Source: Myxococcales bacterium (GTDB lineage: Bacteria > Myxococcota_A > UBA9042 > JABWCM01 > BTVJ01). Taken from it: a stretch of 64,000 nucleotides of DNA. The stretch's first letter is position 1. The number at the start of each line of letters is the position of its first letter. The stretch is taken from NCBI GenBank assembly GCA_045863395.1, contig BTVJ01000032.1, forward strand, positions 1 to 64,000. The letters run 5' to 3'. This document shows positions 46,789-54,770 of the stretch, in pieces. A program made the position numbers and the translations under genes. Under the pieces are notes generated by a model. The model was not told where the DNA came from. It made no database searches and saw only the letters and a list, made by a program, of their open reading frames with translations.

Positions 46789-48596
46789 CCCGTCAGGGTC
46801 TCGGCGGTGACGGGCAGCTCGATGCGCGTCCGGCAGCCCTCGGTGCAGTCGAGCGTGAGCGTGGAGGAATCGGGGTCCCAGCCGCGGTATAGGAAGAGCC
46901 GCTCGGTGCCACAACCGCGGCAGTGAGCGGACAGCGCGAAGGGACCCGCCGAGAGCGGTGACGCGCCGCCGCGCAGATACACGTAGGTCAGCTCTTCGTC
47001 GCCGAGCCAGAGCCCCGTCTCCAGAGACTCGGCGCTGAAGACGACCCCACGCTCCTCACGCCGCGCCAGATCCGTGAAGCGATAGACGTGGAGGGTCGTG
47101 GCCGCGTCGTGCCCGAGCTGGTCGATGACCGCCAGGTCCACCGCGCGGAGCGCCGGCAGGGCCTCGACGAGGCCCACCCAAGCGGCCCGCAACTGCTCGA
47201 CCTGCCGCGGATCCGTGATGGGGCGTCCGTGGGCCTCGTCGTTGCGGGCATCGCGCAGGGAGCGGAGCGCATCCGAGGAGAGCACCGGACCCAGCTCCGC
47301 CGCGAGCCGGACCGGGAGGGCGGGGGAGGCATCCCGTACGGCTCGGCCCAACGCCCGCTGGAAGGACGTTCGGATCCGCGCGACGTCCATGAGTCCTCGG
47401 CGACCGCGGCTCAGGTGCTCCATCACGCCGTCTCCACCTCCTGGAAGCCGCCGGAGCCCGAGGATCAGGACCAGCTCGATGAAGGCCAGGAGCTGCTCCA
47501 AGTGAGTCACGACGGCCCGGACGACCGCCCCGGAGCGAGCGCGTGGTGAGGCCGCGATCACCGCCTGGCGACGAAGAGGCCAGGGAAGCGCGGCCGCGCA
47601 CCAGGCTCTGCGAGCTGCCTCCCAGGACGTGGCAGCAACGGTCTCCAGCTCCTCCCGAAGGCGCGCAGGAGCGCCTGCAACGACCCCATGCAGCGCGGCC
47701 AGACCCCACGCCAGCTCGATGAAGTGCCAGGCCCGCACCTCTGGGAAGTCGGGGCACGGCCGCCGCGTCTCCCGCACCTGGAGGATGTGACGCGCCAGGT
47801 CCAACAGGACGACCCGGGTCTCCTCCGTGACGGCGCCGCCATCGATCGAGAGATCCAGCAGGGTCGCGAGGCACGCCAGCCGGGGCGCGTAGACGAAGGA
47901 GAGCTTGTATCCCTCGGCCGTGAAGAAGGAGTCCTCCTCGGCGAAGCGAGGAGACACCAGCTCCGCCATGAGCCACCGGCGCGCCCGAGCCTGGGACTCG
48001 GGTGGGATCGCGCCTCGCAGCGACGTGAGGGCGAGGGACGTGCCGAGGCGACTCGGAGGACCGCCCGGGCGAAAGGGCCAGGCACCGGTGTCGAGCTGCA
48101 GAGAAAGTAGCCGCGCATGGTCTGGAGTCACGTCACACGTGTTGGAGAGCGCGAGGATGGAGTAGGCCGTGCTGTAGGTGCGGACGTCTGGACTATCGTC
48201 ACTGACGCCCCAGCCTCCATCGGGGAGCCGCGCACCTTGGAGCCACGAGCGCGCTCGCTCGATCACAGACGATCCGCGGCCGCGGGCCCCCGCGCCGAGC
48301 AAGAAGGCCGCGGTGGCGTCCACGATGGAGACCGGTCTCCCACACGCGGGCTCGGCATAGGGGAGACCGGCCTGGCTTCGCTCCAGAGCGGCCTCCAGGA
48401 ACCGTTCAGATGTCTCCAGCGCGAAGTTCAGAGTGTCCGAGAGCCGGGGAAGCGCCGCGAGGGCCCCATAGATCTCTGCCGTGGTCCAGCAGCCGCTCCG
48501 GTCCCCTGCGTAGGTCTCGGGAAAACCCCCGTCCGGGTTCTGCCACGATGCCACGTCGTCGAGGGCGGTCAGCCCCACGCGCAGCAGCTCGTTCAC
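46776..48596 (-). CDS. Prenyltransferase/squalene-cyclase-type repeat domain + HEPN-like domain
   Basis: QNPDGGF, LPDGGWG and QLDTGAW repeats; then HLEQLL..RNDEAHG (RxxxxH, 47229-47246) and a C-terminal PF..CRGC..LFLY domain. Confidence 0.65.
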   Translation of the reverse strand: MNELLRVGLTALDDVASWQNPDGGFPETYAGDRSGCWTTAEIYGALAALPRLSDTLNFALETSERFLEAALERSQAGLPYAEPACGRPVSIVDATAAFLLGAGARGRGSSVIERARSWLQGARLPDGGWGVSDDSPDVRTYSTAYSILALSNTCDVTPDHARLLSLQLDTGAWPFRPGGPPSRLGTSLALTSLRGAIPPESQARARRWLMAELVSPRFAEEDSFFTAEGYKLSFVYAPRLACLATLLDLSIDGGAVTEETRVVLLDLARHILQVRETRRPCPDFPEVRAWHFIELAWGLAALHGVVAGAPARLREELETVAATSWEAARRAWCAAALPWPLRRQAVIAASPRARSGAVVRAVVTHLEQLLAFIELVLILGLRRLPGGGDGVMEHLSRGRRGLMDVARIRTSFQRALGRAVRDASPALPVRLAAELGPVLSSDALRSLRDARNDEAHGRPITDPRQVEQLRAAWVGLVEALPALRAVDLAVIDQLGHDAATTLHVYRFTDLARREERGVVFSAESLETGLWLGDEELTYVYLRGGASPLSAGPFALSAHCRGCGTERLFLYRGWDPDSSTLTLDCTEGCRTRIELPVTAETLTGQRA

Positions 48597-48668
48597 ATGG
48601 TCACCGATTGGCCGAAGGGCCGGAGATGCCCCAGGACTGAACCTCGAGAGTCGCTCGTCGATGGATGC

Positions 48669-49025
48669 TCAATGGACCACCCGGTCGGTCTGGCAGATCA
48701 CGTAGGCCTCAAGCGGGGAGCTACACTCCTTGCCGCGCACGAACCGGCCCTTGACGGTCACGCGCGTGCCGGTGGGAGGGGGCGATGCCCCTTGGACCCA
48801 CACGCTCCCCTCGTCCTTGACCACCTTGTACCAGTCGAGATCCACCACGGGCGTGTCCAGGCGCAGGCTGACGACGCCGCTGACACACACCTCCTTGCCG
48901 AGGAAGGCCGCCGGATTCCCAGCCAGCTTCGCTGGGTCCTCGCAGGCAGCCTCGTAGAGGTCGCTGCAGCGGCAGCCCGCCACCCAGATCAGAACCACGC
49001 CCAGCGCCAACACCATCCACTTCAT
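48669..49025 (-). CDS. Small lipoprotein, possible OB-fold
   Basis: AAGGAGG RBS; MKWMVLALGVVLIWVAGC lipobox; GKEVCVSGVV..YKV.D.GSVWV..G..VTVKG. Confidence 0.7.
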   Translation of the reverse strand: MKWMVLALGVVLIWVAGCRCSDLYEAACEDPAKLAGNPAAFLGKEVCVSGVVSLRLDTPVVDLDWYKVVKDEGSVWVQGASPPPTGTRVTVKGRFVRGKECSSPLEAYVICQTDRVVH

Positions 49026-49140
49026 GGGCTCGCCTCCTTGGTCATGAGAGCCCCACGCCGAGGCGATCTGACAGACAGACGCCTGCCACCGGCGAACCCA
49101 TCGTTCCAGGAACGTGGGACGCGACAGGCACCATGGGCCC

Positions 49141-50121
49141 TCACGAAGACACCGGCGATGATCGGACCATGCGGAAGCCCGACGTGTCGTCGTGCCAGTC
49201 CGGCGTCGAGTAGTGGCGGAGCGATGCACGGAGCGAAGCCGCGGTCGAGACCCAGGATCCGCCCCGCGACACGCGGCCCGTGCCCTGGGCCGGGCCCGTG
49301 GGGTCGTCCACGGCTCCCGCGGGATACTCACCATAGCGATCCCAGCACCACTCCCAGACGTTGCCCAGTACGTCGTGGAGACCCCACGCGTTGGCCGCTC
49401 GCTCCGCAACGCGCTGAGGTGCGCGGACTGCGTCCGCACGGCTCCAGGCAATCGCCGGAACTGCCCCATAGGTAGGGCCGGTCGAGCCAGCCCGGCAGGC
49501 GTACTCCCACTCCGCCTCGGTGGGGAGCCGGTAGCCCCCCGTGTGGTGGGCGGCGAGGACCCTGTCACACCGGAAACCGGCTCCCGCCGCGCGACCGTTG
49601 CTCCCAAAGTAGGCGTAGCACGGCGTCAGGCCCTCCTTCAACGACAGGGCGTTGCAGTACCACACGGCGTCATACCAGCTCACGTTGACCACCGGAGCCA
49701 GGGGATCTCCACCCCTTGCCCCGCCCGGGAGGCTCTGTAGCAGCCCCGCCCACTCTCCGTTGGTGACGGGGCACACCTGAATCAGGAACGGGCGCGTGAG
49801 GGTGACGACGTGCTGGCGCTCGTCCCCGAAGCGACCGGGCTCGTCCCTGGGCGCCCCCATCGGGAACTGGCCAGGCTCGACCCGCACCCAGCCAGGCGGA
49901 ACGGAAGGAGGCTGCGGGCCAGGGCCGCCCGGATCGACCGGGTACCCGTCCAGCACCGCCTCCACATCGTCAGGGTGGACGCCCACGGCCACACCGCGCT
50001 CCGCGAGGACCGCGCGCGCCCGAGGCGTGATGGCACCGTAGGCGCATACTGCGAGGTCAACCGCGTCGCGAAACCTGGCGAGAGCCTCTGGGTCCGAGAG
50101 AACGAACGTGAGGTCGGACAC
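49141..50121 (-). CDS. FGE-sulfatase (SUMF1-like) domain protein
   Basis: AAGGAGG before GTG 50121; FPMG, PVVNVSWYDA, YRLPTEAEWEYACRAG, NAWGLHDVLGNVWEW, RGGSW, GFR. Confidence 0.88.
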   Translation of the reverse strand: MSDLTFVLSDPEALARFRDAVDLAVCAYGAITPRARAVLAERGVAVGVHPDDVEAVLDGYPVDPGGPGPQPPSVPPGWVRVEPGQFPMGAPRDEPGRFGDERQHVVTLTRPFLIQVCPVTNGEWAGLLQSLPGGARGGDPLAPVVNVSWYDAVWYCNALSLKEGLTPCYAYFGSNGRAAGAGFRCDRVLAAHHTGGYRLPTEAEWEYACRAGSTGPTYGAVPAIAWSRADAVRAPQRVAERAANAWGLHDVLGNVWEWCWDRYGEYPAGAVDDPTGPAQGTGRVSRGGSWVSTAASLRASLRHYSTPDWHDDTSGFRMVRSSPVSS

Positions 50122-50214
50122 ACGCACCTCCTTGCGGGCGGCGAGTCTACTCGACTTGTGGGGAGCTGGGAACCCGCCGTGCACATGGGACCGCAGCACC
50201 GGGAATGAGCGGCG

Positions 50215-50856
50215 TCAGGACGCGGTCGCCCACCACAGGGCGAGCGCCGCCAGGGTGAAGCCGCAGAAGACATCGCCCCGGCGCACGGCCCCGCGGACCT
50301 CCTCCTCGGTCAACGCGAGGCGCCGGACGATGCGCTCGTCGGGCTCTTCGTGGTCCCGCGCCCGCTCCGAGCCCAGGCGCACCAGCACGACTCGGATGGG
50401 GTGCATGCAGAACGTCGTGTTGGGGTTGCACCAGCCGATGGGAGTGGCCAGGTGTGGCTCCATGCCCGTCTCCTCCCGTGCCTCCCGAAGCGCCGCGTCC
50501 TCGCAGGACTCCCCGGGCTCCGGGAACCCTCGCGGGAGCTCCAGGCTCATCGCGCCCAGGTTCGACAGGTCCCCGGGAGGATACTGAGGAGTGCCTCCCG
50601 GGGTCAGGGCGGCGGGGCGCCACTGCTCGACGAGGACGAGGCGCCCATCCGGGAGCACGGGCACGACGACCGCCCCGCTCGGCGGGTCCGCCCAGAGCGG
50701 GAGGTCGTAGCGAGGCTCCCCAGCCTCGTCGCAGGCAACGGCGTGGACGATGGTGCCGTAGGTCGGGTTCGCGAGCACGGCGTCTGGCGGGCTCGGGCGC
50801 CACCCAGGGTGAAATGGCGTGCGCTCCACCAGGGTCGACAGGGGACGGACCTTCAC
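50215..50856 (-). CDS. Nudix hydrolase (ADP-ribose pyrophosphatase-like)
   Basis: LVEQWRP and the Nudix box ELPRGFPEPGESCEDAALREAREETG. Confidence 0.88.
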   Translation of the reverse strand: MKVRPLSTLVERTPFHPGWRPSPPDAVLANPTYGTIVHAVACDEAGEPRYDLPLWADPPSGAVVVPVLPDGRLVLVEQWRPAALTPGGTPQYPPGDLSNLGAMSLELPRGFPEPGESCEDAALREAREETGMEPHLATPIGWCNPNTTFCMHPIRVVLVRLGSERARDHEEPDERIVRRLALTEEEVRGAVRRGDVFCGFTLAALALWWATAS

Positions 50857-50883
50857 GGGACCTCCCGGCGCCCCGCGGGCGCC

Positions 50884-53800
50884 TCACAGGTACAGGACCA
50901 GCGGGCAGGCCTCGATCCGCTCCTGCGCCGACTCCTTCGACTTGCAGCGGGCGAGGTGCGCCTCGTAGACGGCCCGCGGCAGGTCGATGGGGCGGCCGAT
51001 GGACGCGCGGACCCTCCGCAGGAGGCTTCCTGCCACATTCACCATCTCGGCGTCCAGCACGGACCAGAGGGTCACGACCAGCGCGCCGCTCCCGGCCGCG
51101 ATGAAGGCGCGTAGGAAACCGGACACTTCGCCACCGGGCGCGTCGGCTCCCTGGCCCGTGACGCACGCACCGAGGACCGTGAGCTTGTTGCGGGCGAGGC
51201 GCAGAGACGCGGCGATGTCGAACTGCGTGAGCACGTCTCCCTCCAACGCCAGGGCTGGGCCCAGGGCGTCGAGGCGGCGGTCCCAGAGGCCGTGGCCGGT
51301 GTAGACGAAGACCTCGGGGCGGGGAGCGGTGAGCCGTCCCAGGGTCGCTCGGCTGGCGGGACCGACGGGCCTGACTCGTGGCGCCCACTCCGGGAGGGTC
51401 CCCGCCCAGTGGAGGTCCTCCCGAGGCCAGTCGAGGCCCTTCAGCTCGCGCCCCGTGGTGTTCTCGTCGAGGAGCGCCAGCACGCACAGGTCGTCGCCCG
51501 GCTCGATGGTCTGCACACGGAGCAGGTGGCGGGACCGGCTCACGAAGGCGGCCGCGCTCACGGAGAAGCAACAGGGGAGGGATGCCGCCAGGGGCCACCT
51601 CGTCTTCGGCTCGAAGGCGACATGGAGCGGATAGCGGAACAGCTCGCCACAGGGGATGATCACGAGCAGCTCCGGCGGAGCGGCACCTCCGCACACGTGC
51701 TTCCAGAGCGGCGCCAGCAGGTGATCGCTCATGGCCTGCGCGAGCTCGACCGTCGGACCCGTGTCAGGGTCCGCCTGGAGGCGGCCCTGGTAGGCATCCC
51801 ATGCGAATCTGACTGGTGCGAGCTGCAGGTCGTCCACAAACTCCATGCGGGCACCGCGGAACACGAAGGCACCCAGCGCAACTCGCTCTCCCTCGACATG
51901 CTCGAAGTAGCGGATCACTGCGACATCCGGGTGGTTCGTCGTGAAGCCGCGCACCGTCCGGCCCAGGTCTTCGTCATGGCCGCTGGTCGGGATGGGGTGG
52001 TTCAGCATCCACTGCTCATAGAAGGTACGGCGTTGCCCGATGGCTGCGTCGACGCCCGAGCCCGACACCCCGTCGGTCCGGCGCATGGTTCCCCGGCGCC
52101 GCACGCGCATTCCCTTCCTCTTCCTGGCGGGCTGCGAGACCTGGATGTCCGCGAAGAGAGGCACCTCCGGCAGCGCCGCGATGCCCTCGGCGGGCGCACG
52201 GCGAGAGGCTCCCTGCATGAGGTCAAGCAGCTCCCGGGCGCTGGCCTCCTCCACATAGGCGAGGGCGTCCTCCCGGCTCTCACCCACGGAGGGGACGCGC
52301 TCCGACCTGAGGGGGGCCCGGCGGAGGCTGGCCGCGACGGCCTCTCGATACACCGGCGCCACGTGGCTCGCGAGGGCGGCCTTGTGCTGGCCGACGGTGA
52401 CGACCTTCCGCTGCGACTCGACCGTGCGCAGCCGCTCTCGCAGCCAGCGGATGCGGGCACTGGAAACGTCATCGCCTTGTCGCTCCATCTCGGTGATCAC
52501 CTTGTGGTAAGCCGCCAGCGCGAAGGTCTGGCGGTCCAGATCGAAGCCAGCCTGGGCTGAGGGCCGGGCGCGCGCCTCCTCGAGCTCATCCACGAGTCCC
52601 TCCACCAGCGCCCGCGCTTCACCGACATCGCCTTGAAGCAGCCGGATCTCCGCCAGGTTCTGTCGAGCGATGAGGCGCCCCCGGACCCAGGGGAGCACGT
52701 CGATGGACTCCCTGCACAGCCCTGCCGCCTGATCGAGGTGGCGGGACCTCTCTTCGCCGGACGACTTCTCCGCCCTCGACTTGTGCAGCCGCGTCTGATG
52801 GCCGAGCGCCTGCGCGAGCCGGTACGCATCTCCGTTGGCGCGAGCGATGACCTCTGACCCCCGGGACCACGAGAGCGACAGCTCCTCGTCCGACGACGAC
52901 AGCTCGTCGGACCCGTTGTGGTACAGGCTGCACAGGCCCCGGAGATGCTCGCGGTCCCTCGGAGACTCGGGGGGAGTGACCTCGCCGACTCGCAGCGCGG
53001 CAATTCCATGGAGATTGGCCACCCTGATCGCATCCTCGATGAGCGGTCGGTAGCGCTCCTCGGGCGGGCCAGGCGCGGTGCCGACCGTCCGCTTCTCCTG
53101 CGTGGCACCGCGCTCCAGGTTGCTCCTCAGGTCCGCCAGGCACCACCACAGGTCGTGCTCGACGGCGACCGTCACGGCACGCTCGAACGACCGCCGCCCC
53201 TCCGTATGGTCCCCGGCCCGGTAGCTGGCCTTGCCCGCGCCGTCGAACCACCGGGCCGCCGCGTAGGCGTGCCACTGGACGTCGGGATGCTTCGTATCCA
53301 GACGCTGTTCGAGGGACTCGGCCAGCGCCCGGGAGCGGTCGGCGAGCTGGAGCGCCTCGTGGTACTCGTAGGCGACGTCCGCGCTAACGATGCGGCACCA
53401 CCACGCGCCCACCGCGCAGGCGAGCTGCTCCACGGGGTCCGACGGAGACCGAGGCAGGAAGGCGCCAAGCGATTCGAGGTGGCCAAGGCAGACGTGGTGG
53501 CGGTACTCCGTGTCGTAGACCGCGTCGAAGAGCTCGACCAGGCCTCGCACCCTGTCGCGCACGCCGGGGTCTCCGAGGTCGGTTCGGGCGGTACCAGCCA
53601 AAGCAACCGCTGGCGCGCTCGGGGGGAGAGGCGGCTGTCTGCGCGCATCCGCCCGCGCCGGCGGCTGCGTGAGCACGGAGGGAGACGACGAAGCCGCGTC
53701 GAGCGTGTCGACCACGGGGGCGCCGCTGGGGGGGGTCACGACGGCCCCCTGGTTCATGGCCACCGGGGGCTCGGGAAGCATCGGCTGCTCCTGTCCCGGC

Positions 53801-54657
53801 GACTTGCCCGGACGCGGCGTCTTCGGGCGGGCGCCGGCGACGGTCGGACCACGCGACGAACCCGGAGGTGTCGGTCCGCACCAGGCGTCCAGATGCTCCG
53901 GAATCAGCGCCGGCCCCGGACGCCCCTTCTCCACGTCGCCATCTCGCCACTGACTCACGGTGGGTGCGCCGAAGAGGGAGCGCGCCAGAGACTCGTAGAG
54001 CTCATGGGACCAGCCGCCGACGTTGCCGTGCACCAGGTCGTTGCGGCGATTGCGGAAGGTCGCGATCACCTCGCTGCGTCGCTGAACGGATCGCGGCCGG
54101 GCGAAGAAGTCGCGACGAAACCACTGCTCCAGGGCAGCCAACTGCTCCGCGGTGCCCTTCTTGCGGACGGCCCCGTAGGCGATCTGGAGGGACTGACAGG
54201 ACCCGAGCGTGGGTCTGACCCGGCCCTCAGCGAGAGCCAGGAGCTCCCTGCGGTGTATGTCCTTGATCGGAGCCTCGGCGAGCAACCTGCCGTGCTCCAA
54301 CGCGGCGGGGACGAGCATGTCTCGAAGCTGCCTCTCGGTGGCGGCGCAGAGGAACATGGCGCACGCCATACGGAGCGGATCGAGGCTCGCAGCGGAGGCG
54401 GGCTGTCTCATCAGCCCCTCCAGGGCGACGACCACACCGAGGTGACTCACGACGTCCTCGGAGAGCTCCTTTGGGAAGGGCGCGGCCGGGGCCCCCCGTC
54501 GGGTGAGGCGCCTTCGGCTCGCTTTCCCCATCAGCACGGCGTTTTTCGCGCGAAACGCGGCGAACGCCTCCTCGAACTGGCGATCCTCCTCCTCGGCTGC
54601 TTGCGCCTCGCGCAGCAATCGAGCGTCGAGGTCTTCGCGGTCTCCTCTCCGGCTCAT
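50884..54657 (-). CDS. HEPN-like + Pro-rich linker + TPR-like + CHAT (caspase-like) protease
   Basis: N-terminal ERQLR..TLG..RNDLVHG (54028-54045); TPR-like helices; EEASARELLD; CHAT motifs LVIIPCGELFRYPLH, YTGHG (His), VLGAC.TG (Cys), GFLRAFIAAG..VVTLWSV. Confidence 0.85.
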   Translation of the reverse strand: MSRRGDREDLDARLLREAQAAEEEDRQFEEAFAAFRAKNAVLMGKASRRRLTRRGAPAAPFPKELSEDVVSHLGVVVALEGLMRQPASAASLDPLRMACAMFLCAATERQLRDMLVPAALEHGRLLAEAPIKDIHRRELLALAEGRVRPTLGSCQSLQIAYGAVRKKGTAEQLAALEQWFRRDFFARPRSVQRRSEVIATFRNRRNDLVHGNVGGWSHELYESLARSLFGAPTVSQWRDGDVEKGRPGPALIPEHLDAWCGPTPPGSSRGPTVAGARPKTPRPGKSPGQEQPMLPEPPVAMNQGAVVTPPSGAPVVDTLDAASSSPSVLTQPPARADARRQPPLPPSAPAVALAGTARTDLGDPGVRDRVRGLVELFDAVYDTEYRHHVCLGHLESLGAFLPRSPSDPVEQLACAVGAWWCRIVSADVAYEYHEALQLADRSRALAESLEQRLDTKHPDVQWHAYAAARWFDGAGKASYRAGDHTEGRRSFERAVTVAVEHDLWWCLADLRSNLERGATQEKRTVGTAPGPPEERYRPLIEDAIRVANLHGIAALRVGEVTPPESPRDREHLRGLCSLYHNGSDELSSSDEELSLSWSRGSEVIARANGDAYRLAQALGHQTRLHKSRAEKSSGEERSRHLDQAAGLCRESIDVLPWVRGRLIARQNLAEIRLLQGDVGEARALVEGLVDELEEARARPSAQAGFDLDRQTFALAAYHKVITEMERQGDDVSSARIRWLRERLRTVESQRKVVTVGQHKAALASHVAPVYREAVAASLRRAPLRSERVPSVGESREDALAYVEEASARELLDLMQGASRRAPAEGIAALPEVPLFADIQVSQPARKRKGMRVRRRGTMRRTDGVSGSGVDAAIGQRRTFYEQWMLNHPIPTSGHDEDLGRTVRGFTTNHPDVAVIRYFEHVEGERVALGAFVFRGARMEFVDDLQLAPVRFAWDAYQGRLQADPDTGPTVELAQAMSDHLLAPLWKHVCGGAAPPELLVIIPCGELFRYPLHVAFEPKTRWPLAASLPCCFSVSAAAFVSRSRHLLRVQTIEPGDDLCVLALLDENTTGRELKGLDWPREDLHWAGTLPEWAPRVRPVGPASRATLGRLTAPRPEVFVYTGHGLWDRRLDALGPALALEGDVLTQFDIAASLRLARNKLTVLGACVTGQGADAPGGEVSGFLRAFIAAGSGALVVTLWSVLDAEMVNVAGSLLRRVRASIGRPIDLPRAVYEAHLARCKSKESAQERIEACPLVLYL

Positions 54658-54770
54658 CTTCCAGTCTCCCCAGGATCTGCGGATGCGGTGGCGGAGTCTC
54701 GGACCTCGATCCTCCCTGCCGCACCACCTTACGTCTTCGCCCCCACTTCCGGCAATCACCCCGCTCCTGC

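Noticed and set aside
49141..49280. 3' end of the second FGE gene as a DGR VR, or as the template for the gene at 90-2639
   Set aside because: It keeps RGGSW, has G-ending codons (TCG, ACG) at would-be variable sites, has no AAC runs, and shows no near-identity to 90-225.
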